Below, one piece after another: positions 40,976 to 50,576 of a stretch of DNA of 64,000 nt. Position numbers and translations under genes: made by a program. Below the pieces are notes generated by a model that saw only the letters and a list, made by a program, of their open reading frames with translations, ran no database searches and was not told the origin of the DNA. Numbering within the stretch: the first letter of the stretch is position 1; each line of letters opens with the position of its first letter. Source of the DNA: a virus (taxonomy: Duplodnaviria; Caudoviricetes); IMG/VR virus record IMGVR_UViG_3300035208_004396. One strand, written 5' to 3'.

Positions 40976-42955
40976 TTAAATATATTCGAAACTATTCTTT
41001 TTACATAATTGAACACCTATCTTTTTACAAAACAGATTACATTTTACCGATTTATTAGTTTTTTCTGGTCCTATTATAATATAATTCGGAGCTTTTATGT
41101 GTTCTTTTATCAAATAAATCCATTTTTCGAAGCTTATATCGCTCATTTCATCTGGTGTTCCAGACCAATGTTCATAATTCTTACCAAAAGGTGGACAAAC
41201 TATAACAGTTTTATCTGTTTCTACTATTTGAGCTAAAACATCTCTTTTAACCCAATGATAATAATCACAAAAATTCTGATTTATATCATAAGCTTCTATT
41301 TTGCCTGTGCTATCTAAACCATGATCCTGAAACCATTGTCTTACACCATCTATTATACCACCGAATCCTGCCATAGGACAATATGCACCATTCGATATAT
41401 CAATCTGCGATTGATATATCATTTTCAAAAGATCATTCTTTCTCAATGCTGTAACCTTAGGTGCTATCTTAGCTATTGTGAATCGATCGAGAATCAAACT
41501 CAGATCATCTGATAATATACCTTTGATATATCGTATACAAAAATTTGGATATTTTCCTGTTTCTAATGCTGAATCTAACATCTTAACCATGTTTTTAACG
41601 GCTTTTAATAGACATTTAGGATCTTTCCAAGCCTCTAATGGTGATTTATATCCGTTTACAAAACAAAACCATATAGGGTGTTCTTTCGGCCATTTAGCAG
41701 TACCAGGAAAAGGAGATTCGATACATTTCTGGACTAAATTATCAATATCTAAATCTCGATCATATAAATAATTGATCATATTTAATGGGTTTTTCCCGTT
41801 AATTATATCTACCTTATTTTCGACCATACATTGATATTTCGCCGAATCGATGGTGTTTTCTTTCTGCATCAAACCTAAAAGATAATCGTTTTTAAGGTCT
41901 ATTATCCTTGAACCTATCTTAAAATCGGGAAAATAATAATGGGTTTCTCCTTCGAATACATAAGGAAACTTAATCTTAGGATGATATTCGAAGTCAATAT
42001 CCATATATTTTAGCAAATTATAGAACTTAACCTCATAATTAGAATCAAATGTTATCCCATCATACTTAATCTTGTGCCACTTTGCTGTGTTAAACTCAAC
42101 TGTCTGTGAATATGATCTAACACCATATCTTTGGAGATTAGTTTCCTGCATTTTCTTAACATTGTGATAATAACGATCACCATATCTTTTTTTGCAAGTA
42201 TCATAACACTTTTCTCTAATTTCCGGTGATGACCAATCGTGTTTGTAACCAAACTTATTCAAATTAGTGGCTTCAATCCTAGATTTTATCTCTTTTCGTC
42301 GCTCAGGACTAATAGATTTCAAAGATTTAGACACCTTTTCTCTATTTTCTGGATCATTCATACTATTATTATCTGAATGTAACTTACTCAAACATTCTTC
42401 TGACCCACAAGTATCTAAAAACTTAAAATGAATAAATTTCCGTTTCTTTCCACAATACGGACATGCATGATCCGAACTATCTACATATCGTTCATAATAA
42501 TCTACAATACTAAGATCTTTATGCTCTTTCTTAATATGCTGTGAAAGCTTATTCTGACTCCTATATCCTAAACCACAAATCTCGCAATGAAACTTCTTCT
42601 CCCTTTCGGCTAAAGATAAAGCTTCAGAATACTTCTCTAAACTACCATACTTTCGAATATGACGTCTATTTATTGCTTCAATTGAAGTTCTACTTGCTCC
42701 ATATTTGGACAACATGGTCTCTCTCTGCTGCTTCCGGACACATACATCTCCACCACATGTACTTAAATATCCACCATGCTCAAACCTACAAGCTTTTCCA
42801 CAATACTTACATACATGTTTGACACCGGGCTCAATATACTGATCATAATAACTCTTGTAATCCACATGATGTGTACGCTGGACATGATTAACTAATCCAC
42901 CTAACTTACTATACTCTTGTCCACAAATCTCACATCTCATATTATCAATATACAA
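40976..42955 (-). CDS. Zinc-finger homing-endonuclease-like protein (PD-(D/E)XK) fused to a C-terminal DNA methyltransferase-like domain
   Basis: Two C2H2 fingers plus CxxC knuckles, T.L.KYG repeats, FDSNYE...YFPDF..IIDLK nuclease; C-term YCPMAGFGG, AYDIN, CPPF; likely start MRCEIC at 42940. Confidence 0.75.
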   Translation of the reverse strand: MYIDNMRCEICGQEYSKLGGLVNHVQRTHHVDYKSYYDQYIEPGVKHVCKYCGKACRFEHGGYLSTCGGDVCVRKQQRETMLSKYGASRTSIEAINRRHIRKYGSLEKYSEALSLAEREKKFHCEICGLGYRSQNKLSQHIKKEHKDLSIVDYYERYVDSSDHACPYCGKKRKFIHFKFLDTCGSEECLSKLHSDNNSMNDPENREKVSKSLKSISPERRKEIKSRIEATNLNKFGYKHDWSSPEIREKCYDTCKKRYGDRYYHNVKKMQETNLQRYGVRSYSQTVEFNTAKWHKIKYDGITFDSNYEVKFYNLLKYMDIDFEYHPKIKFPYVFEGETHYYFPDFKIGSRIIDLKNDYLLGLMQKENTIDSAKYQCMVENKVDIINGKNPLNMINYLYDRDLDIDNLVQKCIESPFPGTAKWPKEHPIWFCFVNGYKSPLEAWKDPKCLLKAVKNMVKMLDSALETGKYPNFCIRYIKGILSDDLSLILDRFTIAKIAPKVTALRKNDLLKMIYQSQIDISNGAYCPMAGFGGIIDGVRQWFQDHGLDSTGKIEAYDINQNFCDYYHWVKRDVLAQIVETDKTVIVCPPFGKNYEHWSGTPDEMSDISFEKWIYLIKEHIKAPNYIIIGPEKTNKSVKCNLFCKKIGVQLCKKNSFEYI

Positions 42956-42989
42956 AAATTCCTGTGTTTATGACACAGGAATTTCAAGA

Positions 42990-44438
42990 TTAAATGTTCA
43001 CTCTATTCTTTAGCTCAGCTAACTTACCGTCATTCCAAGATTTCGTAATGGACTTTCTAGGCGAGCCACTTAAATATCCTGTTATTCTTCGAACTCGGAT
43101 AAAATCATCCTCTAATTCCGATCCACACTTTGGACACTTCTTATCTATTACTCCGTGAAACATACAAGTTGTACCATCTTCTAACTTATTTATGCATGTA
43201 TCACTATCCATGGTACATGTAAAGTATCCCAAGTTAGCCTCGTACATAGCATCAATAACAGATTTTACAGCTTCTAGATTTTTAGAAAGATCTCCGTCTA
43301 GTTTGTAATAGAATATATGCCCAGCATTAGTTATAGCATGAAATGGTGCTTCCCAATCTAGTTTATTAGGTAGAGTAGTTTTCAAGTCGAATGGTAGCAT
43401 GTGGCTGTTTGTGTAATAGCCTTTGCCAAATAGTTGGAAGAGATCCAATTTTGCCAGTTTTTTGTTATTTTGGAATAGATTTTTGTCTATATTTGCGAAT
43501 CTTCCAGCAGTAGCTTCAGCAGGAGTGGCGAAACAGCTCCAGTTCAAATGAGTTTCTTTTTGACAATTTTTAGTAAAATCGAAGATGTGTTGGATTATTT
43601 TGAATCCTAGATCTTTGATTTCTTTGTCTTTTCCCCAAGTTTTGCCCGTTAAGGCTAAGATAGTTTCATATAGTCCGACATATCCTATGCTCAAAGTAGA
43701 TTGTTTTAGAACTTCGCCTATTTTATCAGTTATGTTATGAACTTTATCATCACTTGTGAGGTATAAACCTTGTTGCATAGTGAATGGATAAGATTCATAA
43801 GTTTTGTTTGAGATTAAGTTGAAACGATCTAATAATGATTGTTTTACATCTAATAAGATTTCATCTAGTTTATCAAAGAAGAGTTTAATTCGTTTATCTT
43901 GATCATCTTCGTCTAGATAAGATTCTATTGCCATTCTTGGTAAATTGATGGTATGGAAAGCGAAATTACCACGAGCTGTAGTTTGTTCTGTGCCATTGAT
44001 ATTACCGATTACTCGTGTCCTGCAATTTCCCGAATTAAAACCAGACAATTCAAATCTACCCGATTCAGTTTCAACATCATAAGAATCTGCCACACTATTT
44101 ATGTATCTTACCGAAATAACTTTAACTCTAGTATCGAGATAACGAATTGTATCACCAATTCTTATATCTTTAACATATGTACGTCCACGTTCAAGATATA
44201 GCGGATGATCATCGGTTAATCTTAGAATAATGCGATTTGAAAATTCAACTTCTGTCCAATTATTAACCATAGTATTTTTAATCAATTTTTTGCATTTAAC
44301 AAAATCTTGTAATTCATTATCAAAAACTTCAACATTATATTGTGCCAAATCTATGTATTCTGAAACTTCAGAATATCGATTAATCTTGTATTTTTTGCTG
44401 AATTCATCCCACATGTCTTTAAATTTAATTTTTATCAT
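42990..44438 (-). CDS. nrdD: Anaerobic (class III) RNR C-terminal piece carrying an N-terminal IntC
   Basis: After 138 intein residues: CRTRV, RGNFAFHTINLPR, LSIGYVG, ATPAE, YYTNSH, CPKCG, RRITGYL glycyl-radical motif. Confidence 0.93.
   Translation of the reverse strand: MIKIKFKDMWDEFSKKYKINRYSEVSEYIDLAQYNVEVFDNELQDFVKCKKLIKNTMVNNWTEVEFSNRIILRLTDDHPLYLERGRTYVKDIRIGDTIRYLDTRVKVISVRYINSVADSYDVETESGRFELSGFNSGNCRTRVIGNINGTEQTTARGNFAFHTINLPRMAIESYLDEDDQDKRIKLFFDKLDEILLDVKQSLLDRFNLISNKTYESYPFTMQQGLYLTSDDKVHNITDKIGEVLKQSTLSIGYVGLYETILALTGKTWGKDKEIKDLGFKIIQHIFDFTKNCQKETHLNWSCFATPAEATAGRFANIDKNLFQNNKKLAKLDLFQLFGKGYYTNSHMLPFDLKTTLPNKLDWEAPFHAITNAGHIFYYKLDGDLSKNLEAVKSVIDAMYEANLGYFTCTMDSDTCINKLEDGTTCMFHGVIDKKCPKCGSELEDDFIRVRRITGYLSGSPRKSITKSWNDGKLAELKNRVNI
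44025..44438 (-). other. Split intein C-fragment (IntC, 138 aa) of NrdD
   Basis: Block B LTDDH, block F YDVET, terminal SGN followed by Cys+1. Confidence 0.88.
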
Positions 44439-45091
44439 CTAAGCATTCCTTTTTTGAAATTTTCTGGTATTTCATTATCGGTTTTAAACATCTTATTTTT
44501 AATACCATCATTATACCAATAATACCCTTTGGTTGACATCCTTTTATCTTTTTGTACTACATCTGTACGTCCACGTACAAAGCCTTCTGGTATTTCATCA
44601 GTTTCTTTAAGTGTGATGTTAATAACAGTATTTGTATACCATTTCCTTCCATACATAGCATTTCCTTTACCAAACCTTTGCCCAGTTCTTCTCATAGTTT
44701 CATTCGATTTAGCTGCAATCAATCTAGAATTATTAGCATTTATAATTCGTAATTCTTCAAATTCCTTTGGTGTAATTCTAATTTTATAACCACTTTTTGG
44801 AGAATGTGCTTGATAATGCCAGGCTTGAGCATGTTGCCTAGTTGGAATTGCTTTGTATAACAAATGATGAGCAATAATATGTTCTTTTGCAGTAAAAAAT
44901 ACTAAATTTTCTATACAATTAGAACCTCCATCACACACTGGTATAATATGATGTAATTCTAGATATTTAAAATTGGTCTCATTATAAATGATACCTTTCA
45001 AATTTCTCAAACTTCTGGTACGTGAATAAAAATAATTAAAACGTATCTGTGATTTTTGGCATAAAGCATCATAAATATGTTTATAATTCAT
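44435..45091 (-). CDS. HNH homing endonuclease (T4 Mob-like) inserted within nrdD
   Basis: ELHHIIP..DGG.N..ENLV..TAKEH..AH; GNAMYG and WY.DG/N repeats; ATGA overlap with IntC. Confidence 0.88.
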   Translation of the reverse strand: MNYKHIYDALCQKSQIRFNYFYSRTRSLRNLKGIIYNETNFKYLELHHIIPVCDGGSNCIENLVFFTAKEHIIAHHLLYKAIPTRQHAQAWHYQAHSPKSGYKIRITPKEFEELRIINANNSRLIAAKSNETMRRTGQRFGKGNAMYGRKWYTNTVINITLKETDEIPEGFVRGRTDVVQKDKRMSTKGYYWYNDGIKNKMFKTDNEIPENFKKGMLR

Positions 45092-45213
45092 ATAGTTTTA
45101 CTTTATAAAAAGAGTATTCCGGGTTCTCAATTTTATTTATAAAATATAGGTCTGATCCAGGAAAAATTGCCAGACTTACAGAAAGTGAATAGTATGTACC
45201 TATATTCATTGAA

Positions 45214-46710
45214 TTATTTTCCGTTTACACGAATTTTTAAAGTTTCTTCTCCGTCCGCGCACCCCATAGTAGCAATAGTAGTGCCTGGAATCAGTTTTTT
45301 GATGTGAATTTCACCATTATCAAAAGAATCCAATTGATATAATATAGATCCATCTAAATAATAAGCATTTTCGAACTTTTTAGGTTTTTTCAAGTGTTCT
45401 ATGGTATAATCTAGATCCCCGAACTTAAAGTATCTTACTTCATAATTATCATCTTTTTTATTAACTTTAATGATTTTTTCATCATATTTTATGTAAGGTT
45501 TATTAAATGTAGAATCGCAGTTAACAAAATTCGGATAAAATCTACGAGCTAAACACTTAATAGCATCTAGATAAATATCATAATTTGGATCGATTTCGTC
45601 TTTATTTACACCACGCATCAATTTGAAGATCAAAATAGGGAATATAGCAGTTAAGCCGTCTCCTAGTCCTTCGTATTGTGATTTAATCAAGTTTATAGAA
45701 ACCATACGACCACAATTCGAAGTGTCGAGTCCGAAGTTCAAACTAGAAAAAGGAACCTGATTGCCCGAACGTGATTGTAATGAGTTCAAGTTACCTATAA
45801 GAGCTTCCATAGCTTGATGAGTGTCTAGGTTAGTCTGCTTAATAGCATTATTAACGATTTTCACATTGAATTTGCGATATAAACTGCCAATAGGTTCGTT
45901 AAGTGAATAATCATTAGTATAATCTTGGTAAACACCAGTATATTCGACATAAGAATCAAATTCTTTTTTCAAATTGTGATGAAATGACTTATCTACGAAT
46001 GGAGCTAAATCGAAATCTAAATTGTCATCAGCAATTCCTCCGAACTGTTGATTAGATTGTAATTGTAAAATTACAGCTGTAAGTGCACTGGCAGTTTGTA
46101 TTGAACTAGGAGATCTAAGAAATCCAGTCCCTGTGTCGAAACCATGTTCTAGTAGTTTACCTACTGGAGCGAACAGACAATTGAATGAAAGATTATAAAA
46201 ATTCAGATCGTGAATATGGATTCTTCCCTCTTTATGTTCAGTAGCATATTTACGATCTATATCATTCAATAGATTATACATTTTGTTAGTTTCACTAGCG
46301 ATTTTACCATAAGTACCGGCTGGAGTTGCTCCGGCTTCGTTAGCATTATCTCTTAAAATGTTAGAACTTTTCAAATCGGATTCGGTAATTTCTTTAATTG
46401 TCTTAACAATTTCGGATTTAGTAGTTCTGACTCGATTACGTTCTTCTCGATATAAAATGAATGATTTTGCTGCTTCTTGATGTTTAGCCATCAAAACATT
46501 TTCTACAATATCCTGAATTTCTTCAACTTTTAATGTGTTTTTAGATGAAAGTTCTGCTTTTTCAATAACATCATCTGTAAGTTCATCTAACTCATTTTCA
46601 GTAAATTTAGTATTAGTCTCAACCAAAGAATTCTTTATAGCAGTTACAATTTTAGTCGGATTAAATTTTCTACGTCTACCATCTCTTTTAATTACTGTTT
46701 TTATTGTCAT
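45214..46710 (-). CDS. nrdD: Anaerobic (class III) RNR N-terminal piece ending in IntN
   Basis: ATP cone VIKRDG, NANE, IHIHDL, FNC, QFGG, NSLQSRSGNQVPFSS, IFPILIF, YPNF, ATMG then CADG... Confidence 0.93.
   Translation of the reverse strand: MTIKTVIKRDGRRRKFNPTKIVTAIKNSLVETNTKFTENELDELTDDVIEKAELSSKNTLKVEEIQDIVENVLMAKHQEAAKSFILYREERNRVRTTKSEIVKTIKEITESDLKSSNILRDNANEAGATPAGTYGKIASETNKMYNLLNDIDRKYATEHKEGRIHIHDLNFYNLSFNCLFAPVGKLLEHGFDTGTGFLRSPSSIQTASALTAVILQLQSNQQFGGIADDNLDFDLAPFVDKSFHHNLKKEFDSYVEYTGVYQDYTNDYSLNEPIGSLYRKFNVKIVNNAIKQTNLDTHQAMEALIGNLNSLQSRSGNQVPFSSLNFGLDTSNCGRMVSINLIKSQYEGLGDGLTAIFPILIFKLMRGVNKDEIDPNYDIYLDAIKCLARRFYPNFVNCDSTFNKPYIKYDEKIIKVNKKDDNYEVRYFKFGDLDYTIEHLKKPKKFENAYYLDGSILYQLDSFDNGEIHIKKLIPGTTIATMGCADGEETLKIRVNGK
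45217..45261 (-). other. Split intein N-fragment (IntN, 15 aa: CADGEETLKIRVNGK) of NrdD
   Basis: Intein block A-like C1.DG.T immediately after MG, then stop. Confidence 0.85.
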
Positions 46711-46841
46711 AAACCTCTTTTCTCTTTCCTTATTATTTTAGAATTAAATATATTTATTATTACTTCTATCAAAATGTTGATTTTCTCTACACAAAAAAGA
46801 CCAATGTTTAACATTGGTCTAGAATATGTTTTTTGATCTTT

Positions 46842-47684
46842 TTAATTGAACATATCCTGAATATCGGCTTCTGTAGCAACTGTACCCTTAGTATCAGCAC
46901 TATCAATATTTTCAGGTGTATCCTTTTCTTCTATGTGTCCAATAGGAAGATGAATACGAGCAGTATAACCCTTACAAAGTGATTCATAAGTGTCATGATT
47001 TTCGGTGAGATTAGCCAATGGTTTAATCTGTTTAGCAATAACTGTTAGTTGTTCATCAGTCAAAACTACACCATTCTTATCTGAAATAGGACCAGTCTTT
47101 CTCTTGAACTTATTAGGGATTATTCCACCTTTATGACTCTTGTCGTATTTGTAGATGAAATCGGCACCATTAGTCGGGCTGAAAACATCGATTCCCTCTA
47201 CCAATTCATCAGTTTCATCATCATCATGAGGCTTGGCAATTTCTTTTATAACATTCATCGTGGCTTCAGTAAATTTATAACGGAAAACCTTACCTTCGGT
47301 AGTAGGAGCAGTAGGATTCTCAACTATATAAACATTAGCAATATATTCATTCTTAGCCGGGCCAATTACAGTACGTTGCTTGGACATATCTTCGCCCTTT
47401 TTCTTGAGTTCGAAATACTTTTCACAAAGTGGACATTTGCCCTTATCTTGAATACAATTTCCAACGAAAAATGGTGCTCCTTTAATTCCGCTGCCTACAT
47501 AATGTTTACGAAGCTTAACAAACGGAAAATCTTCTCCCTCTGGGGGCGGCAAGAAACGAAGAACAACTTTCGTTTTACCTTCAGCATTATATGTGTATTT
47601 GAATAAATCTGATAAAGAACTATGACTTGGTTCTTCAATCTTATCTAAAACTTTTTTTGCATCATAACTCGAAAAAATAGGCAT
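46842..47684 (-). CDS. gp32: Single-stranded DNA-binding protein, T4 gp32-like
   Basis: VLRFLP, PFV...H, C.....CPLCE, YIANVYIVENP..P..EGKVF.Y.F, GADF. Confidence 0.9.
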   Translation of the reverse strand: MPIFSSYDAKKVLDKIEEPSHSSLSDLFKYTYNAEGKTKVVLRFLPPPEGEDFPFVKLRKHYVGSGIKGAPFFVGNCIQDKGKCPLCEKYFELKKKGEDMSKQRTVIGPAKNEYIANVYIVENPTAPTTEGKVFRYKFTEATMNVIKEIAKPHDDDETDELVEGIDVFSPTNGADFIYKYDKSHKGGIIPNKFKRKTGPISDKNGVVLTDEQLTVIAKQIKPLANLTENHDTYESLCKGYTARIHLPIGHIEEKDTPENIDSADTKGTVATEADIQDMFN

Positions 47685-47725
47685 AATGTGTTACTCCTTG
47701 TAAATAAATCGCCTTATAACAAAAT

Positions 47726-48277
47726 TTAGAATAAAAATTTATCCGATTCATCTAGAATGATGTGTTTCGTTATGAAATATTCAGAAAAATTCAAATACTT
47801 CCTCATTTTGTTAGTTTTATATATTTCCGGTACATTGACATTTTTTAGCACTTTCAAAAAAAACAAAGGACTTAGTTTTTCACGTATGGTTTGTAAATAT
47901 AAATCTGTTTTTAATGGATTTTTATCCTGTTCTTCAAACATACCAGCCTTGTTCGATTTAATCTTCGAGAAATCTGATTTTATACTCGAAAAATGTAAAT
48001 ATGATATATTTAACAGTTTATTATAAGTATTATAATCCCCAATTTTCATTTTAATTTTGTGAAAATAGTTATATACGATCAAATAATCTAGAATACGGGA
48101 ATCAAATCTAGCCGAATTTATCTCAGAACAAAGATAACTATATTTAGACCAATCTTTTGGATGACTCAATGTTCTAGGTGTTAAACGACATTCTGGTATA
48201 GAAAAACAATCTGGTTTTTTACACAGATTATTTTCTACCCATTTAAGATGTCTTCCTAAATCAGCGCTTTCCAGCAT
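47726..48277 (-). CDS. Hypothetical protein (position of T4 gp59 helicase loader)
   Basis: Basic 183-aa ORF directly upstream of gp32; function positional only. Confidence 0.4.
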   Translation of the reverse strand: MLESADLGRHLKWVENNLCKKPDCFSIPECRLTPRTLSHPKDWSKYSYLCSEINSARFDSRILDYLIVYNYFHKIKMKIGDYNTYNKLLNISYLHFSSIKSDFSKIKSNKAGMFEEQDKNPLKTDLYLQTIREKLSPLFFLKVLKNVNVPEIYKTNKMRKYLNFSEYFITKHIILDESDKFLF

Positions 48278-48656
48278 TTTCGCTCTTAATTTTGAATGAA
48301 TTATACTTCTGTAAGATATTTTTCATTAAAAAATCTGCCGAAACGAAATCTTCAACTAAATATGAGCAAATAGTGGTCATTTTTATATCCTGTTCTACTG
48401 ATATCTTAGATAAAACGAAATTGAATTTGTCAATCTCATCGAAATTTTTCAATTTCAGTTTCGCCATAAATTTAGGCAATCTTGCTAAACCACTATCAGG
48501 ATCCTCTACATTAATAGGACTAGAATAATCGACATCGTTTACATCATAACCATATAGTTTTAGTAATTTATAAAAATGAGCTTTGTCTTGTTCATGTTCG
48601 AACTGAGCATTTTCATCAGTTAATACATCATCGTCAATAAATAGATCATTCATCAA
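48261..48656 (-). CDS. Hypothetical protein (position of T4 gp33)
   Basis: 131-aa ORF upstream of the gp59 position; function positional only. Confidence 0.35.
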   Translation of the reverse strand: MMNDLFIDDDVLTDENAQFEHEQDKAHFYKLLKLYGYDVNDVDYSSPINVEDPDSGLARLPKFMAKLKLKNFDEIDKFNFVLSKISVEQDIKMTTICSYLVEDFVSADFLMKNILQKYNSFKIKSENAGKR

Positions 48657-49264
48657 TAATTGCTCCGTTGTCTGAATTTATTAACATAATTCTTTCTAGA
48701 ATAAAAGTCGAACAACTCAATCTCATCTTTGAAGATCAATAAACCGAAATTGAGCAAATGTTCATAAAATTTTACAATTCTCGAATTGAAAGTGGGGATA
48801 TCAGTTAAAACTCGTTCGGATTTCCAATCTTTACACTTTAAGCAATTACAACCAGAACAAAGATAATAAATGTTTTCCATTACATTTTCACCATTAAATT
48901 CTCGATAATATGAATTTTCGAATACTTTATCATCGAATTTATCTTGAAAACCTAAGGAAATTATCAATTCACTAGCAAATGCTAAAGCATCAGAATATTC
49001 TTCTTTTCTATGCAATTCATTAGATTTAGCCATCATCATTTCTACTAATTCTTCAATAATACAATAAGCATACCATTTAATAATGACTTGATCTTCAGGT
49101 TTATTCAAATCTAAATTACGATGTAAATGCATAGAAGTCGTAGTATTATTATTTTGAATTGCAATGAAATTGTCCAATAATGCGTCTTGGGCATTAATAA
49201 TTCCCTGAACTACACCTTTACTAATATCCATCTTATTTTTAGTTTCTTCACTTGTAACGTTCAT
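48653..49264 (-). CDS. All-alpha NTP pyrophosphatase, dimeric dUTPase/dCTPase (T4 gp56-like)
   Basis: EELVE, EEYSDAL.F, K.WK, Y.RKN.VN.FRQ.SNY. Confidence 0.8.
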   Translation of the reverse strand: MNVTSEETKNKMDISKGVVQGIINAQDALLDNFIAIQNNNTTTSMHLHRNLDLNKPEDQVIIKWYAYCIIEELVEMMMAKSNELHRKEEYSDALAFASELIISLGFQDKFDDKVFENSYYREFNGENVMENIYYLCSGCNCLKCKDWKSERVLTDIPTFNSRIVKFYEHLLNFGLLIFKDEIELFDFYSRKNYVNKFRQRSNY

Positions 49265-49788
49265 TAAAGCACCCCATATCTTTTAAGTAAATCTATTGCT
49301 TTTATAATACCAAAAACTTCTTCTTGTTTATCACATGTCCAATCATAATGAATAATATTCATCTTTTTTTCATATAATTTATGACTATAATCAAGATATT
49401 TATCGATCAATTTGTCAATATTTTCTTTAATTCCTGCCATTTGTTCTCGATCACCCCAATTAGTAATAACCGATTTCGGTGGCATACAAAAGATAAATAA
49501 GTCTATTCTAGACAAAAATCTATTTACATCGATAAAATTAGTGTCCATTAAATCTACATTTCTTAATATCGGCCCATTTACAGACTCTTCTATTACCGAA
49601 AAACGATCGAAAATGAGATTAGACTTGGTTTTTTTAGCATTATTCAATGTAATATCTAGATAATCGAGATACTCTTGTGAAGTTTTACCTGCTCCTAAAG
49701 ATCTAACATATTGAAAACCCAAATCTTTAATTTGATTAGCTAAAGTCGTTTTACCTGAATTATCGGGTCCAAAAATAACAATATTCAT
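49264..49788 (-). CDS. dNMP/thymidylate kinase-like P-loop kinase
   Basis: GPDNSGKTT, IFDR, E.V.G..LR. Confidence 0.85.
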   Translation of the reverse strand: MNIVIFGPDNSGKTTLANQIKDLGFQYVRSLGAGKTSQEYLDYLDITLNNAKKTKSNLIFDRFSVIEESVNGPILRNVDLMDTNFIDVNRFLSRIDLFIFCMPPKSVITNWGDREQMAGIKENIDKLIDKYLDYSHKLYEKKMNIIHYDWTCDKQEEVFGIIKAIDLLKRYGVL

Positions 49789-49803
49789 ATTTGATTTACC
49801 CTA

Positions 49804-50493
49804 TTAAAAGATATTTTCATCGAAATTCTTACGATAAGTATGCAATGAGAAAATGGTCTGTTGATAACTACCAACTTCGAAACCAAGTTCAGCAGCAACA
49901 AACTCCAATAATTTAATGCCCAGATAAACATCATTACAAAAATGAGTATATAAATCACAGCTTCGCATCACATTATGCATGTTCAATTTATCATTTCGAT
50001 ACTGGAAATGATAACCTAATGTACAGGGTACTCGACCAACACCACCCAACTTATTAGGGTCTTCATTCGGATCCCATACAGATAACCAACCTTGTCGCGT
50101 ATTAGGATCATTTTCGAATGCTTTAATCAATTTATCTATTTGATTATTACGATTATATCTACCGTTATATGTATAACTCATCTTGCCATTTACTAAGAAT
50201 TCCTCCCAAACATCATTTCTTAATTTATATGCTTCCCCTGGATTAAGATCTTTTTTACTGATTCTTTCTTCAAATTCGGCATCTGCCCAAGGTTGAGAAA
50301 CATTAGTAATCTCATTAGATTTGGCATTTAGCAATACATAGGAGTAATTCTGGATTTCCTTAGTAATAAACATCGGATTACCATCGATTATCTTATTTTG
50401 CATCGATTTAGTCTTAATAGTTATACCATTTTCGGAAAGATCTCGCTTAATTTCATCATAAGCTTCGGACCAATTTGAATAAAATCTGGCCAT
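49804..50493 (-). CDS. Thymidylate-synthase-family enzyme with dCMP-type specificity residue (dCMP hydroxymethylase/methylase-like)
   Basis: TRQ, VPCTL, MRSCDLYTHFCND, SLHTY; Asp at the position of T4 gp42 D179 / E. coli ThyA N177. Confidence 0.75.
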   Translation of the reverse strand: MARFYSNWSEAYDEIKRDLSENGITIKTKSMQNKIIDGNPMFITKEIQNYSYVLLNAKSNEITNVSQPWADAEFEERISKKDLNPGEAYKLRNDVWEEFLVNGKMSYTYNGRYNRNNQIDKLIKAFENDPNTRQGWLSVWDPNEDPNKLGGVGRVPCTLGYHFQYRNDKLNMHNVMRSCDLYTHFCNDVYLGIKLLEFVAAELGFEVGSYQQTIFSLHTYRKNFDENIF

Positions 50494-50576
50494 ATTTTAA
50501 CCTCAATTTAAAAATAAATATAGTGAAATAATTCATATTTAAAACGATGAATAGGCATTCTTGATGTCCATTAAAA

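Noticed and set aside
44435-45216. Group I intron interrupting nrdD
   Set aside because: No recognisable intron core in the short non-coding gap; protein-level intein motifs on both sides explain the split
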